Assembly (NCBI GenBank): GCA_900546225.1
Contig: URBZ01000002.1
Location: 78,411-142,410 of the forward strand
Direction of reading: 5' to 3'
DNA from: an uncultured Rickettsiales bacterium
GTDB taxonomy: Bacteria; Pseudomonadota; Alphaproteobacteria; Rs-D84
DNA length: 64,000 nucleotides
Below the pieces are notes generated by a model. It had not been told where the DNA came from. It saw only the letters and a program-made list of their open reading frames with translations, and did not search any database. A program made the translations under genes and the position numbers. This document shows positions 10,406 to 20,704 of this stretch, piece after piece (the stretch's first letter is position 1; every line of letters begins with the position of its first letter).

Positions 10406-11398
10406 TTAGTTCCTTCTCTTGATAGACAAACGGTTTGCGCGCAGGGCCAATTTCAGTGCGAAATCACGAAATAAAACCTCTACCGGCATACCGGTTGTAC
10501 GAATTTGTCGTTCCAATTCAGACAGGCGTACCAGCACCCCATCAATTTCCGATGCAGGCCAAATTTTCATTGCCATGTTGAATTTATCGCGAACTTTCCA
10601 AAACAGGTTCGGCAGTTGTCCATCAACAACCGCAACCTGTAATTTTTTGAAATGCATTTGTAATTGGCGCAACAGTTTGTTTGAATCAACGCCCGTGTAC
10701 AGCAATCTGTCCAGTGCCTGCATCGTTTGGGCAATATACCCCGCCGTCAGCGAATAAAAGAAATCGTCCGCGACAACCGCGCCCGTATCCGGCAGACATT
10801 TTTCCACATCGTCTAATTCAACGGTCTTTTTATCATCAACATACAATGCAATTTTGGTCAAGAACCCACGCGTAATTGCGCGGTCACCACCCAAGTGCGC
10901 CGTCATATACGCCATCGCGTCGGGGGTTATTTGCTTGATACCCGCCGCCGCAGACAGTTCACTGCGTATCAATGTCGCCAATGCACGTGCATCGTCGGTA
11001 TAGCATGGCAATGCGGCAACATTTGTTTTTTTATCGTCTTCGAAATATGTACGCAATGATCCCGTGCGCAAATCGCCGGCACATACCAACACCGTTGCGC
11101 ACAGGCCACTGTGTTCAATCAGTTCGGCAATGCGCGATGTCATCGCATCGCCCGCCCCAGATATAATAACCATCTTGCGTCCACCAAACATTGATGGTGT
11201 GCAACTTTCCGCGAACAAGGCATCTTGCTTGTCCCGAAAATCATCAGCGTCCAGCGCAAACAGGTTGTCCTTGTCTATTTCCAGTTTTTTGATTGCCGTA
11301 TCACAGTATTCATCAATACGACCGGCATCCGGCCCATACAGCAATACCGCCGTGATTTTTTCAATACCTGTGTTAAAATCTGGTTCTTTCCATTTCAT
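10406..11398 (-). CDS. holA: DNA polymerase III delta subunit
   Basis: 330 aa; N-terminus ...VLLYGPDAGRIDEY. Length and position downstream of lptE match the conserved lptE-holA arrangement. Confidence 0.65.
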   Translation of the reverse strand: MKWKEPDFNTGIEKITAVLLYGPDAGRIDEYCDTAIKKLEIDKDNLFALDADDFRDKQDALFAESCTPSMFGGRKMVIISGAGDAMTSRIAELIEHSGLCATVLVCAGDLRTGSLRTYFEDDKKTNVAALPCYTDDARALATLIRSELSAAAGIKQITPDAMAYMTAHLGGDRAITRGFLTKIALYVDDKKTVELDDVEKCLPDTGAVVADDFFYSLTAGYIAQTMQALDRLLYTGVDSNKLLRQLQMHFKKLQVAVVDGQLPNLFWKVRDKFNMAMKIWPASEIDGVLVRLSELERQIRTTGMPVEVLFRDFALKLALRANRLSIKRRN

Positions 11399-11883
11399 TA
11401 TTTCTGACCACCGGATTGTGATTGTGCGCGTGATGTTTCGGCGATTGTACGTGTGCTGATTTTATCGGCCAATACCATAATAGCGTTTCTGACGGCATTA
11501 TTATATGACGCGTTCGCCGCAACCAAGTACCGCACAAATGTGTATGATTCAGACGCCTGTTCGACACCATGCGCGATTTCCACGTCCCCGCGGCGCAATG
11601 TATAGTTTGCACGCAAGCCAACCTCTTGCCAGGTGGCGTCACCGGTTGTTTCCAGTGCCTTGTACTTGGTATATGGTTCGGCCAAATCGATGGTCAAAGT
11701 ATATTCGGCATCAGACGTGCGTGCACCACCAAATTTTGCGTTCAATGCGTTACGCAATTCAATACCATTGATGCCACGGATTGGCGCAACATAGATGTCT
11801 GTATCGCCCCCAGAAAACATAGGACGAAAACCACATGCACCCAAAGCAAAAATACATAAAATCATCAGAATTTTTTTCATCAC
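11398..11883 (-). CDS. lptE: LPS-assembly lipoprotein LptE
   Basis: 161 aa; signal peptide with LGAC-type cleavage context; overlaps the holA start, as in other proteobacteria. Confidence 0.5.
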   Translation of the reverse strand: MMKKILMILCIFALGACGFRPMFSGGDTDIYVAPIRGINGIELRNALNAKFGGARTSDAEYTLTIDLAEPYTKYKALETTGDATWQEVGLRANYTLRRGDVEIAHGVEQASESYTFVRYLVAANASYNNAVRNAIMVLADKISTRTIAETSRAQSQSGGQK

Positions 11884-11969
11884 GCTGGCACCCTTGTTAT
11901 GTTTATGTGCGTTTTCCTGTTGCTTTTTTTTATTATATTACTTAGAGTTTTAATAAATCGCAAGAGGGA

Positions 11970-13208
11970 ATGATGAATATTTTTCTGATGGTATTGGTGG
12001 CTATATTCATGTTGGGATACTATATCATCGACAGCCCCAGCCTGCGCGTTCCAGAAATTGAAACAGAATATGCCGCACGACGCGCCGATTTGCACGCGAT
12101 TGCCCAATGCGCAGCGGCGGTTCATAATGCCCAGATAAAGGGGACAACATTTGATGATGTTTGCGTCACCCAGAACCAGATTGTCAGCCGATTGTTCTGT
12201 ATGAATGCCAGCATGAAGGAAATCGAATGCAAAATCGTCAAGAATAAAAAACCCACGTACAGTTATATCATCACAGCAACTGGTGCGCTGGACCCAGACG
12301 AATACAACAGTATGTTTGAAATACTGGAACAATATTATGCTGATGCCGGCACATTCGGAATTTTAATGGACGGGAAAATTGTATCAGGCGCGATTGGTTC
12401 AAAATACACCGTGCCAAAAAACGTCATGAAAACAATGGAACTGGGTAATGGGCAACTGGTGTATATGACACAATATGATATTACAAACATCACCAGTACC
12501 AGCAACACAAACACCACCACAGATATCAAATGCCCAACAGGGACAATCAAAACATATCGATTTGGACGCTGGCAGTGCATTGGCATAAATACAAAAACCG
12601 ATTGCGGCGGCGATATGATTTGGGATTCTGCTTTGTTGGAATGCGTGGCAGACGAATCCAGAAAACCGTTATGCGCATCGCAACAGACCGCGGTTATTGT
12701 TGATGATGTGTGGGAATGCATAAACCCGTTTCCAACAAAATCATGTCCTGATGATATGGTTGCGCGTTTGAATTACGACACGCTGGAATGGGAATGCATA
12801 GCGGACGCAACCAAGGGTAACAATATCACGAAATGCAGCCGTTTTACCAGTGGCGCGATATATGGTTCAGTTGGGGCAACATTGCGTGCGTCCCAGACAT
12901 CGTGCACCCCGTGCGAGAAAATGATACTGGACACCGACACATGCACATCATATTGCATACCCGACGCATCTAAACTGGGGACACCAGAATGTTATGCCGA
13001 TACACGTCAATGCAGCGGACGCAGTCGTGCATTTTATTTTGGTTTTCCAAACAAAAATTATGCCGGCAATATTCCAGAAATGTCTGGCAAGAATGTCCCA
13101 ATTGACCGCACACATAACCAGAACAGACGATTTAATTGTCTGGACTGTGGCGATGGTGAAATAGATACCGAAAAATCGTTTGCGCCATATACAGCGGTTT
13201 GCAAATAA
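11970..13208 (+). CDS. Cys-rich exported hypothetical protein (N-terminal TM/signal anchor, about 30 Cys)
   Basis: 412 aa ORF; terminator GCCCAAATGGGC at 13214-13235. Confidence 0.5.
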   Translation: MMNIFLMVLVAIFMLGYYIIDSPSLRVPEIETEYAARRADLHAIAQCAAAVHNAQIKGTTFDDVCVTQNQIVSRLFCMNASMKEIECKIVKNKKPTYSYIITATGALDPDEYNSMFEILEQYYADAGTFGILMDGKIVSGAIGSKYTVPKNVMKTMELGNGQLVYMTQYDITNITSTSNTNTTTDIKCPTGTIKTYRFGRWQCIGINTKTDCGGDMIWDSALLECVADESRKPLCASQQTAVIVDDVWECINPFPTKSCPDDMVARLNYDTLEWECIADATKGNNITKCSRFTSGAIYGSVGATLRASQTSCTPCEKMILDTDTCTSYCIPDASKLGTPECYADTRQCSGRSRAFYFGFPNKNYAGNIPEMSGKNVPIDRTHNQNRRFNCLDCGDGEIDTEKSFAPYTAVCK

Positions 13209-13238
13209 AGAAACGCCCAAATGGGCGTTTTTATTTAT

Positions 13239-14048
13239 TTAGTACGTGCGTGCATCACGCAATGATTTAACCAGGTCTAAATCCTGCTGGGCCTGTTCAA
13301 ATTGTGCACCACTGACGTATTGTGCGTTGTCCAGTGTGATTTGTGCACTTTCTGCCATTTCATCCAGTCGACATTCTTCATCAATAACAGGTGCACTGAC
13401 TGGCTGGGGCGCGACCGACATTGGCGCGATTTGTGCAGACATACCCTTGCGCGTGCCGTTTGGATAACGCGCCGATACCGCGGCAACAATACCGTGGCGG
13501 AAACGTTTCAAACGAAAGTCCTTCAAATTTTGCGATGCAATGGCATGAACGCTGGCATTTAATTTGGCCAACATTTTGTATTGTTTGTTTGGACTGCCAT
13601 CTGCACCCAAAAAAATATTTATCGTGCCACCAGACATAGTCAACATATGATCGCGCCACGAATTATTAGCCGTCTTGTTCAATGTCATATACGCAATCAG
13701 ATTACGACGGATTTTGCCCAACAGTTTCCCTTGTGGGGTTGATGTGTCCGCGATATTTGTTTTACAGAAACGATATATATCATTCTTGCCATTAAATACA
13801 AATGGGGAAACCATACCAAAACGCACAGGGTTTAACGACATTTCTTTCCACAAGGCATTACAAATAACGTTGCCATCAATATCACCAATACGAATGGTGA
13901 CCGAATGTTTTGGTTTATCCCATGAACTGGAAGTTTTAATTTGGCCATAAGCATCATGCAACGCCGCCGGCGTCATTTTATCAAAATATGGAATACTAGT
14001 GCTGTAACTGATGATACCCCGCACCTGTTCATTGCTCAGTGTTGCCAT
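13239..14048 (-). CDS. hypothetical protein
   Basis: Start moved to ATG 14048 (MATLSNEQ), which has RBS AAAAGGGG 7 nt upstream. About 269 aa. Confidence 0.45.
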   Translation of the reverse strand: MATLSNEQVRGIISYSTSIPYFDKMTPAALHDAYGQIKTSSSWDKPKHSVTIRIGDIDGNVICNALWKEMSLNPVRFGMVSPFVFNGKNDIYRFCKTNIADTSTPQGKLLGKIRRNLIAYMTLNKTANNSWRDHMLTMSGGTINIFLGADGSPNKQYKMLAKLNASVHAIASQNLKDFRLKRFRHGIVAAVSARYPNGTRKGMSAQIAPMSVAPQPVSAPVIDEECRLDEMAESAQITLDNAQYVSGAQFEQAQQDLDLVKSLRDARTY

Positions 14049-14168
14049 ATATAACCCCTTTTGTTTCCTCACACTGTTTAATATAGCCCAAATGTACGTT
14101 TTGTCAATATGTTATATTACACAAAAAGAAAACCGCCCGCATTCGCGGGCAGTTTTATATTTGCGCAA

Positions 14169-15752
14169 TTATTCCGCGCGTTGAAACGCGCCATTGTCCA
14201 ACATTTCTTTGACCGCGAAATGCTTGATTTTCTTGGCCGATGTTTGTGGCAATTCTTCTTCGGTGATTGCAAAGTGTTTAACCCATTTGTATGGCGCAAT
14301 CTTCAAATTAGATGCCTTTAACAACATGGCGACGCGGGTAACCGTTGTACCGGGCTTTACCTGAAATACTGCAAACGGTACGATTTTGCCAGCGATGACG
14401 TATTCAAATACCGCCGCCGCCAATATTTCGTCGTTTTGCAGATACAGGTCTTCCAATTCATCGGGGTAAACGTTTTTACCGCTGTCCAGAACGATGACCT
14501 GTTTTTTGCGTCCTTTGACAATCAGACGGCCATACTTGTCCAATTTACCCAAATCGCCTGTTTTGAACCAGCCATCTTCGAATGCTGCGGCGTTGGCCTC
14601 GTCATTATCCAAGTACCCTGGCATAACCATATTGCCACGCATCCAAATTTCACCGACGCCGTCTTTGTCTGGATCGTGAATCTGGATTTCATTGCCTGGC
14701 AATGGGCCGGCATAATACATAGAACCATCAGGACGACGGAATGCAAAGTTAAAGTTTGCAGGCCCCGTGGTTTCTGTCAGACCATAGCAATCACCAACCA
14801 CAAAATCCAAACTTTCAAAGAATTTGCGAATTGTTGGTTTCAGTGTTGCGCCAGCGGACACCAACACCTTGGTATTGCCGCCAAAGATATCGTGAACCGG
14901 TTTTGTAACCTTGTCCACAATACAGCCCAATCCGATTGCGCGCAGTACACGACGTGATGACATCACCATACGCATAACGGTGTACATGTGTTTTTCACGT
15001 GCGCTGTCCACAATCTTTTTATAGAACCCCTCCCATATACGTGGGACGGCGGGAATAACCTCTGGTCTGTATTCTTTGAAGTCCTTCAAAAATTCGCGTG
15101 GGTTCAAAATTGGTTGCAGCAATAATTGGCCACGCAAAATAATTGGGGCAATAATATTGATGACGACACCATATATATGATACAGCGGCAAGAACCCATA
15201 GAATGTGTACCCCGGATGAATTACCGGTTCATAAAATAATGCGCCCTGTGCCAATGACAACAGATTATCATGTGTCAGACCAACAACCTTTGGATTGCCG
15301 GTTGAACCCGATGTAAAAGACATCATTGCGATATCGTTACGGTCAACGTCCGCCGCGACGAAATCGTTTTCGTCGGTGTCGTCGATGGTTTCGATATCAA
15401 ACATTGTCGGGCCACCGTCCACAAAATGCGATTTTTGCGCCAATGCCAATTTGCAATTTGTGCGCGCCATCATGTTCAGGTGTTCTGCCTGTGACAGACC
15501 AGTGTCCAGCATCAGCGCATGTGCCCCTTGGGACAAAATGGCAAAATACGATTTGATAAATTCTGGGGTGTTACCCGACAGAATCGCAACCGTGTCGCCC
15601 TTTTTAATACCAAAACGTTGCGCCAGTACCACTGCACGTTGCTTTACTTTCTTTAACAGGTCTGCATATGTTTCATTCTGTCTGACAAAGAAAATACGGT
15701 CTTTATTCTGGGAACAAACATCACGCAGCATTTCATATACATTTTTCATCAT
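14169..15752 (-). CDS. long-chain fatty-acid--CoA ligase (AMP-binding enzyme family)
   Basis: 527 aa; AMP-binding motif SFTSGSTGNPKVV and a C-terminal lid domain. Confidence 0.8.
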   Translation of the reverse strand: MMKNVYEMLRDVCSQNKDRIFFVRQNETYADLLKKVKQRAVVLAQRFGIKKGDTVAILSGNTPEFIKSYFAILSQGAHALMLDTGLSQAEHLNMMARTNCKLALAQKSHFVDGGPTMFDIETIDDTDENDFVAADVDRNDIAMMSFTSGSTGNPKVVGLTHDNLLSLAQGALFYEPVIHPGYTFYGFLPLYHIYGVVINIIAPIILRGQLLLQPILNPREFLKDFKEYRPEVIPAVPRIWEGFYKKIVDSAREKHMYTVMRMVMSSRRVLRAIGLGCIVDKVTKPVHDIFGGNTKVLVSAGATLKPTIRKFFESLDFVVGDCYGLTETTGPANFNFAFRRPDGSMYYAGPLPGNEIQIHDPDKDGVGEIWMRGNMVMPGYLDNDEANAAAFEDGWFKTGDLGKLDKYGRLIVKGRKKQVIVLDSGKNVYPDELEDLYLQNDEILAAAVFEYVIAGKIVPFAVFQVKPGTTVTRVAMLLKASNLKIAPYKWVKHFAITEEELPQTSAKKIKHFAVKEMLDNGAFQRAE

Positions 15753-16122
15753 AATGATTATGCTCTTTTGTTAGTTTTAAGTAAAAATCTGGATAACCAT
15801 TACCCAGACATATTTACACTAAATCATTTTTAGATGGGAAACACAACCTATTTTAGCATTTAGGGAAATTTTGCACAGAAAAGCGCATCAATTTGTCAAC
15901 ATATAGACGCGATTTTGTAAAAACACACCTATATTTTGTATTTTTTGCGTTTTACGAATCGTTTTCTGGCGCGTTTTGGTCAAATTATTGACACAAAAAC
16001 ATATTTAGTATTCCGATTCGAGGAATCGGTCACAGCGCAAACGTACGGAAAACCCGCCTTTTGAAAAGTAAAGTAAAAAATGAAAAATTTTTTCTGTTTT
16101 ACGTGTTGATAGGAAACCTATA

Positions 16123-16170
16123 AAACTATATATTGGTATCAAATAAACAAAATAACCACTAGATATTGTG
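16123..16170 (+). promoter_or_regulatory. two candidate NrdR boxes (AAACTATATATTGGTA and ACCACTAGATATTGTG), 32 bp apart, upstream of nrdD
   Basis: Imperfect 16-bp palindromes resembling the acaCwAtATaTwGtgt consensus, separated by three helical turns, 26 bp before the nrdD ATG. Confidence 0.3.
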
Positions 16171-16195
16171 TTTTTACAAAACAAGGGACAGAAAG

Positions 16196-18238
16196 ATGTC
16201 TGATGCAGAAAACGAAACAAAAATTCAGGTTATTCCAACGCTGACGACCAAATTGGTCGCGGTACAAAAGCGCGGTGGCGAAACTGTCCCGTTCGATTCC
16301 AAAAAGATATTTGATGCAATTAAAAAGGCCGTTGCGGTCACGGGTGAAATATCTGATGCGGACGTGGCAACAATTACCCAAAACGTTTTGAACACGTTGG
16401 ACGCCAAGTTCACAGACCGTGTGCCATCGGTTGAACAGATTCAGGAAACCGTGATTCAGGCACTGATGGATGCCAAGGCGTACAAGACCGCAGAATCATA
16501 TATCATATATCGCCAGAAACGCAGCGAAATTCGCGATTCATACGTTGATGCCGTAGAGGTGATTGAGGGTTACGTTGGCGGGTCAAACTGGCGCATCAAG
16601 GAAAATGCAAATGTTGGCTATTCCATTGGTGGGTTGATTTTGCGTACCAGTGAACGCGTAACGGCGGAATACTGGCTGAACCTGTATCCACGTGAAATTG
16701 CAGAGGCCCACAAAAACGCATCTATTCACATTCACGATTTGGGCTGGCTGACGGGTTATTGTGCGGGCTGGTCGTTGCGTGAATTGTTGTACGAGGGGTT
16801 CAATGGTGTTCCGGGGTATTTGCAATGCGAACCGGCGAAACATATGGCGACCGCGATTTCGCATATGGTGAATTTCTTGGGTACATTACAGAATGAATTT
16901 GCGGGTGCACAGGCATTTTCGTCCGTGGACACGTATCTGGCACCATACGTCAGAATTGATAATCTGACATATGCCGATGTTAAAAACGCAATGCAGACGT
17001 TGATATTTAACTGTGCTGTGCCATGTCGTTGGGGTACGCAGACACCATTTATCAACTTTACATTCGATTGGACATGTCCAAAGGATTTGCGTGATCAGCA
17101 TCCATTTATTGGTAAAAAACAGGTTGATTTTACATATGGTGACCTGCAAAACGAAATGGACACAATCAACAAGGCGTTCTTGGAGGTTATGACCGAAGGT
17201 GACGCGTTGGGTCGTCCGTTTACGTTCCCAATTCCAACATATAACATTACCGACGATTTCCCATGGGAACACCCAAATGTCAAACCTTTGTTTGATTTGG
17301 CGGCAAAATACGGGATTCCAAATTTCCAGAATTTCTTAAATTCTGACCTGAATCCGACCGACGTGCGTTCTATGTGTTGCCGTCTGCGTTTGGACGTGCG
17401 CGAATTGTTAAAGCGCGGTGGTGGCCTGTTTGGGTCGGCGGAAAAGACCGGTTCAATCGGTGTTGTTACAATCAATTTGGCGCGATTGGGCTATGTACAT
17501 CGTGGCGATCGCGACGGGCTGTTCCGTGAACTGAAACGTTTGCTGGACATGGGTCGTGATTCACTGGAAATCAAGCGCAAGATTATTACCAAGAATATGG
17601 AACGCGGACTGTATCCGTTCACACGCCGTTACTTGGGCAACTGGGATCATCACTTTTCAACCATTGGCGTAAATGGTGCGAATGAAATGGTTCGCAACTT
17701 TACAGGCGACCGCGAAAACATCGCAACCCCAATGGGCAAGAAATTGGTTCTGGACGTGATGGATTTCATTCGTGAAAATCTGGCAAATTTCCAAGAACAA
17801 ACAGGCAACCTGTATAATTTGGAAGCCACCCCAGCCGAGGGTTGTTCATATCGCTTTGCCAAGACCGATGTGAAAAATTTCCCAGACATCATCACGGCGG
17901 GTACACATGATGCACCATACTATACCAATTCGACACAGTTGCCGGTGAACTTTACAGATGACCCATTTGTCGCGTTGGAACACCAAGAAGAATTACAGCG
18001 CAAATATACTGGTGGCACGATGTTGCACCTGTATATGGGCGAACCTGTATCCAGTGGCGAAGCCGCCCAGAAAATCGTACGTACAATCTTTGAAAACTAC
18101 AAGATTCCGTACATGACATTGACACCGACATTCTCGATTTGCCCGAAACACGGGTATTTGCCGGGGCGTCATGAATTCTGTCCGAAATGCGACGCAGAAG
18201 TTGTCGCAAATCAGAACTGTGAATGTAATCACGAATAA
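16196..18238 (+). CDS. nrdD: anaerobic ribonucleoside-triphosphate reductase (class III RNR) large subunit; appears to end after the Zn-ribbon, before the glycyl-radical motif
   Basis: N-terminal ATP-cone (VAVQKRGGETVPFDSKKI). Catalytic-domain motifs CCRLRLD and GSIGVVTINLARLG. C-terminal CPKH...CPKC...NCEC. Start moved to ATG 16196 (RBS AAGGGA). Confidence 0.85.
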   Translation: MSDAENETKIQVIPTLTTKLVAVQKRGGETVPFDSKKIFDAIKKAVAVTGEISDADVATITQNVLNTLDAKFTDRVPSVEQIQETVIQALMDAKAYKTAESYIIYRQKRSEIRDSYVDAVEVIEGYVGGSNWRIKENANVGYSIGGLILRTSERVTAEYWLNLYPREIAEAHKNASIHIHDLGWLTGYCAGWSLRELLYEGFNGVPGYLQCEPAKHMATAISHMVNFLGTLQNEFAGAQAFSSVDTYLAPYVRIDNLTYADVKNAMQTLIFNCAVPCRWGTQTPFINFTFDWTCPKDLRDQHPFIGKKQVDFTYGDLQNEMDTINKAFLEVMTEGDALGRPFTFPIPTYNITDDFPWEHPNVKPLFDLAAKYGIPNFQNFLNSDLNPTDVRSMCCRLRLDVRELLKRGGGLFGSAEKTGSIGVVTINLARLGYVHRGDRDGLFRELKRLLDMGRDSLEIKRKIITKNMERGLYPFTRRYLGNWDHHFSTIGVNGANEMVRNFTGDRENIATPMGKKLVLDVMDFIRENLANFQEQTGNLYNLEATPAEGCSYRFAKTDVKNFPDIITAGTHDAPYYTNSTQLPVNFTDDPFVALEHQEELQRKYTGGTMLHLYMGEPVSSGEAAQKIVRTIFENYKIPYMTLTPTFSICPKHGYLPGRHEFCPKCDAEVVANQNCECNHE

Positions 18239-18270
18239 ACACGCATTGCACAAATAAAAGGAGGAAAATT

Positions 18271-18456
18271 ATGCAGGCAGCCAGCAATCAGAGAACACAA
18301 TGTGAAGTTTTCTCACGTTCTATGGGATTCATCAGACCAGTGTCCAATTTCAATATTGGTAAATACTCTGAATTTTGCGAAAGAAAAACGTTCACAGAGG
18401 CAAACAGTTTGACCACCGGTGCGCGTCACAGTGAATTGTTAAAGAAGGCCGCATAA
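18271..18456 (+). CDS. small protein resembling the detached NrdD C-terminal glycyl-radical domain
   Basis: 61 aa with a strong SD AAAGGAGGA. The segment RSMGFIRPVSNFNIGKYSEF resembles the NrdD C-terminus as I recall it (RVCGYLGSPDARPFNAGKQEE). Lies between nrdD and nrdG. Confidence 0.4.
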   Translation: MQAASNQRTQCEVFSRSMGFIRPVSNFNIGKYSEFCERKTFTEANSLTTGARHSELLKKAA

Positions 18457-18460
18457 TAAA

Positions 18461-19162
18461 ATGTCTGACATTCAAATTGGGGGTTTGGTATCGTTTACAA
18501 CAATCGATTACCCAGGGAAACTGGCCGCGGTGCTGTTCCTGCGTGGGTGTCCGTTGCGATGCGTGTACTGTTCAAATCCCCATTTGTTGAATGTTGGCGA
18601 TGGCGAATACGACCCAGACAAAGTTTTTGATTGGTTACGTAATCGCGTCGGTAAATTAGAAGCCGTCGTCTTTTCCGGCGGCGAGGCATTGATGCAGGGG
18701 GACGCGGCGATTGATTATATGCGACGTGTTCGCGATTTGGGTTTCAAAATCGGCCTGCATACAAATGGATTTTACCCCGAAAATTTGGCACGCGCCGCCG
18801 ATACAGTTGACTGGATCGGGTTGGATTATAAAACCACGCGTGATAAATATGGTGCGCTGTCGGGTCAAAATATTGCCCACGACCGCATGATTCACAGTTT
18901 GGACATATGGCAGGCGACCGGCAAGGATTATGAGGTTCGCATTACATGTGATCCACGATTTGTTTCAAAACTGGATTTAATGGAAATCACCCGCGACTTG
19001 CACAATCGTGGTGTTCCAAAAATCGCAATTCAAAAATACATTCCACATTTCGAAGATAACGAACACGGCACAACCCCTGCCCAGCGCAATCAGTTCTTTG
19101 ATGATGCGAATTTGCGCGACGTGATAAATGGAATGTTTACGTCTGTTATTTGGCGGGAATAA
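18461..19162 (+). CDS. nrdG: anaerobic ribonucleotide reductase activating protein (radical SAM)
   Basis: 233 aa; CPLRCVYC (Cx3Cx2C) cluster near the N-terminus. Confidence 0.8.
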   Translation: MSDIQIGGLVSFTTIDYPGKLAAVLFLRGCPLRCVYCSNPHLLNVGDGEYDPDKVFDWLRNRVGKLEAVVFSGGEALMQGDAAIDYMRRVRDLGFKIGLHTNGFYPENLARAADTVDWIGLDYKTTRDKYGALSGQNIAHDRMIHSLDIWQATGKDYEVRITCDPRFVSKLDLMEITRDLHNRGVPKIAIQKYIPHFEDNEHGTTPAQRNQFFDDANLRDVINGMFTSVIWRE

Positions 19163-19628
19163 CGCCCTGCTCCCCGTTCAATAATTTTTCCTTGGTTGCA
19201 ATGCCACCGGCATAGCCCGTCATTGCACCGTGCGCGCCAACAACGCGATGGCATGGGACAATAATTGAAATCGGGTTGCGACCGACCGCACCGCCAACCG
19301 CCCGCGAGGACGCGCAACCGATGCGACGGGCGATATCAGAATACGACGCACGCGCACCATATGGTATTTCACGCAATGTGCGCCACACCGCGCACTGAAA
19401 TGCCGTGCCGCGCGGTGATAATTCAAAATCAACGGCTGGGCGGCCGCCCGCAAAATATTCGTCCAGCCAACGCGACACGCGGCGCAATATTGCATTATCG
19501 CCAAATGGAATACCCGACACATCGCCGTGATGACGTTGCCCCGCAATCCACAGGCCAACCAGCGCATTGTCAGATGCGACCAATGTCAATTTACCGATTG
19601 GCGATGCGTATTCTGATTTAATCAACAT
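19146..19628 (-). CDS. ogt: methylated-DNA--protein-cysteine methyltransferase
   Basis: 160 aa; active-site PCHRVV and the C-terminal helix-turn-helix. Confidence 0.8.
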   Translation of the reverse strand: MLIKSEYASPIGKLTLVASDNALVGLWIAGQRHHGDVSGIPFGDNAILRRVSRWLDEYFAGGRPAVDFELSPRGTAFQCAVWRTLREIPYGARASYSDIARRIGCASSRAVGGAVGRNPISIIVPCHRVVGAHGAMTGYAGGIATKEKLLNGEQGVIPAK

Positions 19629-19631
19629 AAT

Positions 19632-20531
19632 TTAACATACCCGTTCCACAGGTATATTATGTTTTTTACAGAAATCGTCAAGGAATCTGATAAACGCCCG
19701 AATTTTTGGTGAATTAATCAGTTTCGGACTGCACGCGGCAATCATGCGGTGCTCGTATTCAAAATCTATGTTCGGTACACGTATCAGTTTTGGTGGCTGT
19801 TGCACCATCCATGCCGGCAATAATCCAATACCGTCGCCATCACGTATCAGACGAAAAACCAAACCAACAGAATCCGTTGTCGTATTCAGTTTACGTGCAC
19901 GCTTTGCAATGAAAGAACATTCGGGTATATTCAAATATGACTGGTACATACACAGGTCAAAATTTTCCAACATATCGTCTATATCGCGTGGCACACCATG
20001 CGTGTCCAGATATTCCTGTGTGGTAAAGAAATACGCGGGTGTGCACAAACGAAACAATGTACGCCCAGGTATTTGATAGTTGGATTTTGCATCAACCACC
20101 GCCACCTCTATATTTGACAAGTTCTGTTGTCGATTGGTCAATAAATCCAAACGAATTTTTGGATACAACGCATAGAATCGTGATAATTCGCGCAAGATAT
20201 AACTGCCAACCAAACCTTCGGCAACCATGACAGAAATATAACCTGTCAGTTCTTCTTCGGGGGTAACCTGTTCTATTTTATCCAATGTGCTGCATATTGT
20301 TTCAATCGCAGAATAAATTTCTGAGGTCGCATTGGTTGGCAAACTGCCCGCGGGGGTGCGCTGTAACAATGTTGCATTCAGGCGCGTTTCCAAATCAGAA
20401 ATCAGTTTGGACATGTTCGAATGTTTGATACCGTTTTTATTCGCGGCAATTTGAATTTGGCCTGTATCGATGACTTCTTTTAACGCTAACAGTTCTTTCA
20501 ACAGGGTCACTCTGGTCTTGATGGTAGCCAT
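19632..20531 (-). CDS. LysR-family transcriptional regulator
   Basis: 299 aa; N-terminal winged HTH (LLKELLALKEVIDTGQIQIAANKNGIKHSNMSKLISDLE) plus a substrate-binding domain. Confidence 0.8.
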   Translation of the reverse strand: MATIKTRVTLLKELLALKEVIDTGQIQIAANKNGIKHSNMSKLISDLETRLNATLLQRTPAGSLPTNATSEIYSAIETICSTLDKIEQVTPEEELTGYISVMVAEGLVGSYILRELSRFYALYPKIRLDLLTNRQQNLSNIEVAVVDAKSNYQIPGRTLFRLCTPAYFFTTQEYLDTHGVPRDIDDMLENFDLCMYQSYLNIPECSFIAKRARKLNTTTDSVGLVFRLIRDGDGIGLLPAWMVQQPPKLIRVPNIDFEYEHRMIAACSPKLINSPKIRAFIRFLDDFCKKHNIPVERVC

Positions 20532-20704
20532 CGCTATACCTTTTGATTAAAGAATAAAAAAATAACAAAAACACGTGAATATAATTGTTTATTCTCATTA
20601 TACACGATTATTTAACCTAAAAACAGCATAAAAGACAGATTTTTGAAATTTTTTTATAAATACATAATACCGCATGCACAAACATGCGGTATTATTTTTA
20701 TATT

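Noticed and set aside
15780-16195. FNR box upstream of nrdDG
   Set aside because: Looked for TTGAT-N4-ATCAA. Only weak half-site matches (TTGATaggaAACCT, TTGTCAACAT) were found, so no FNR site is called.
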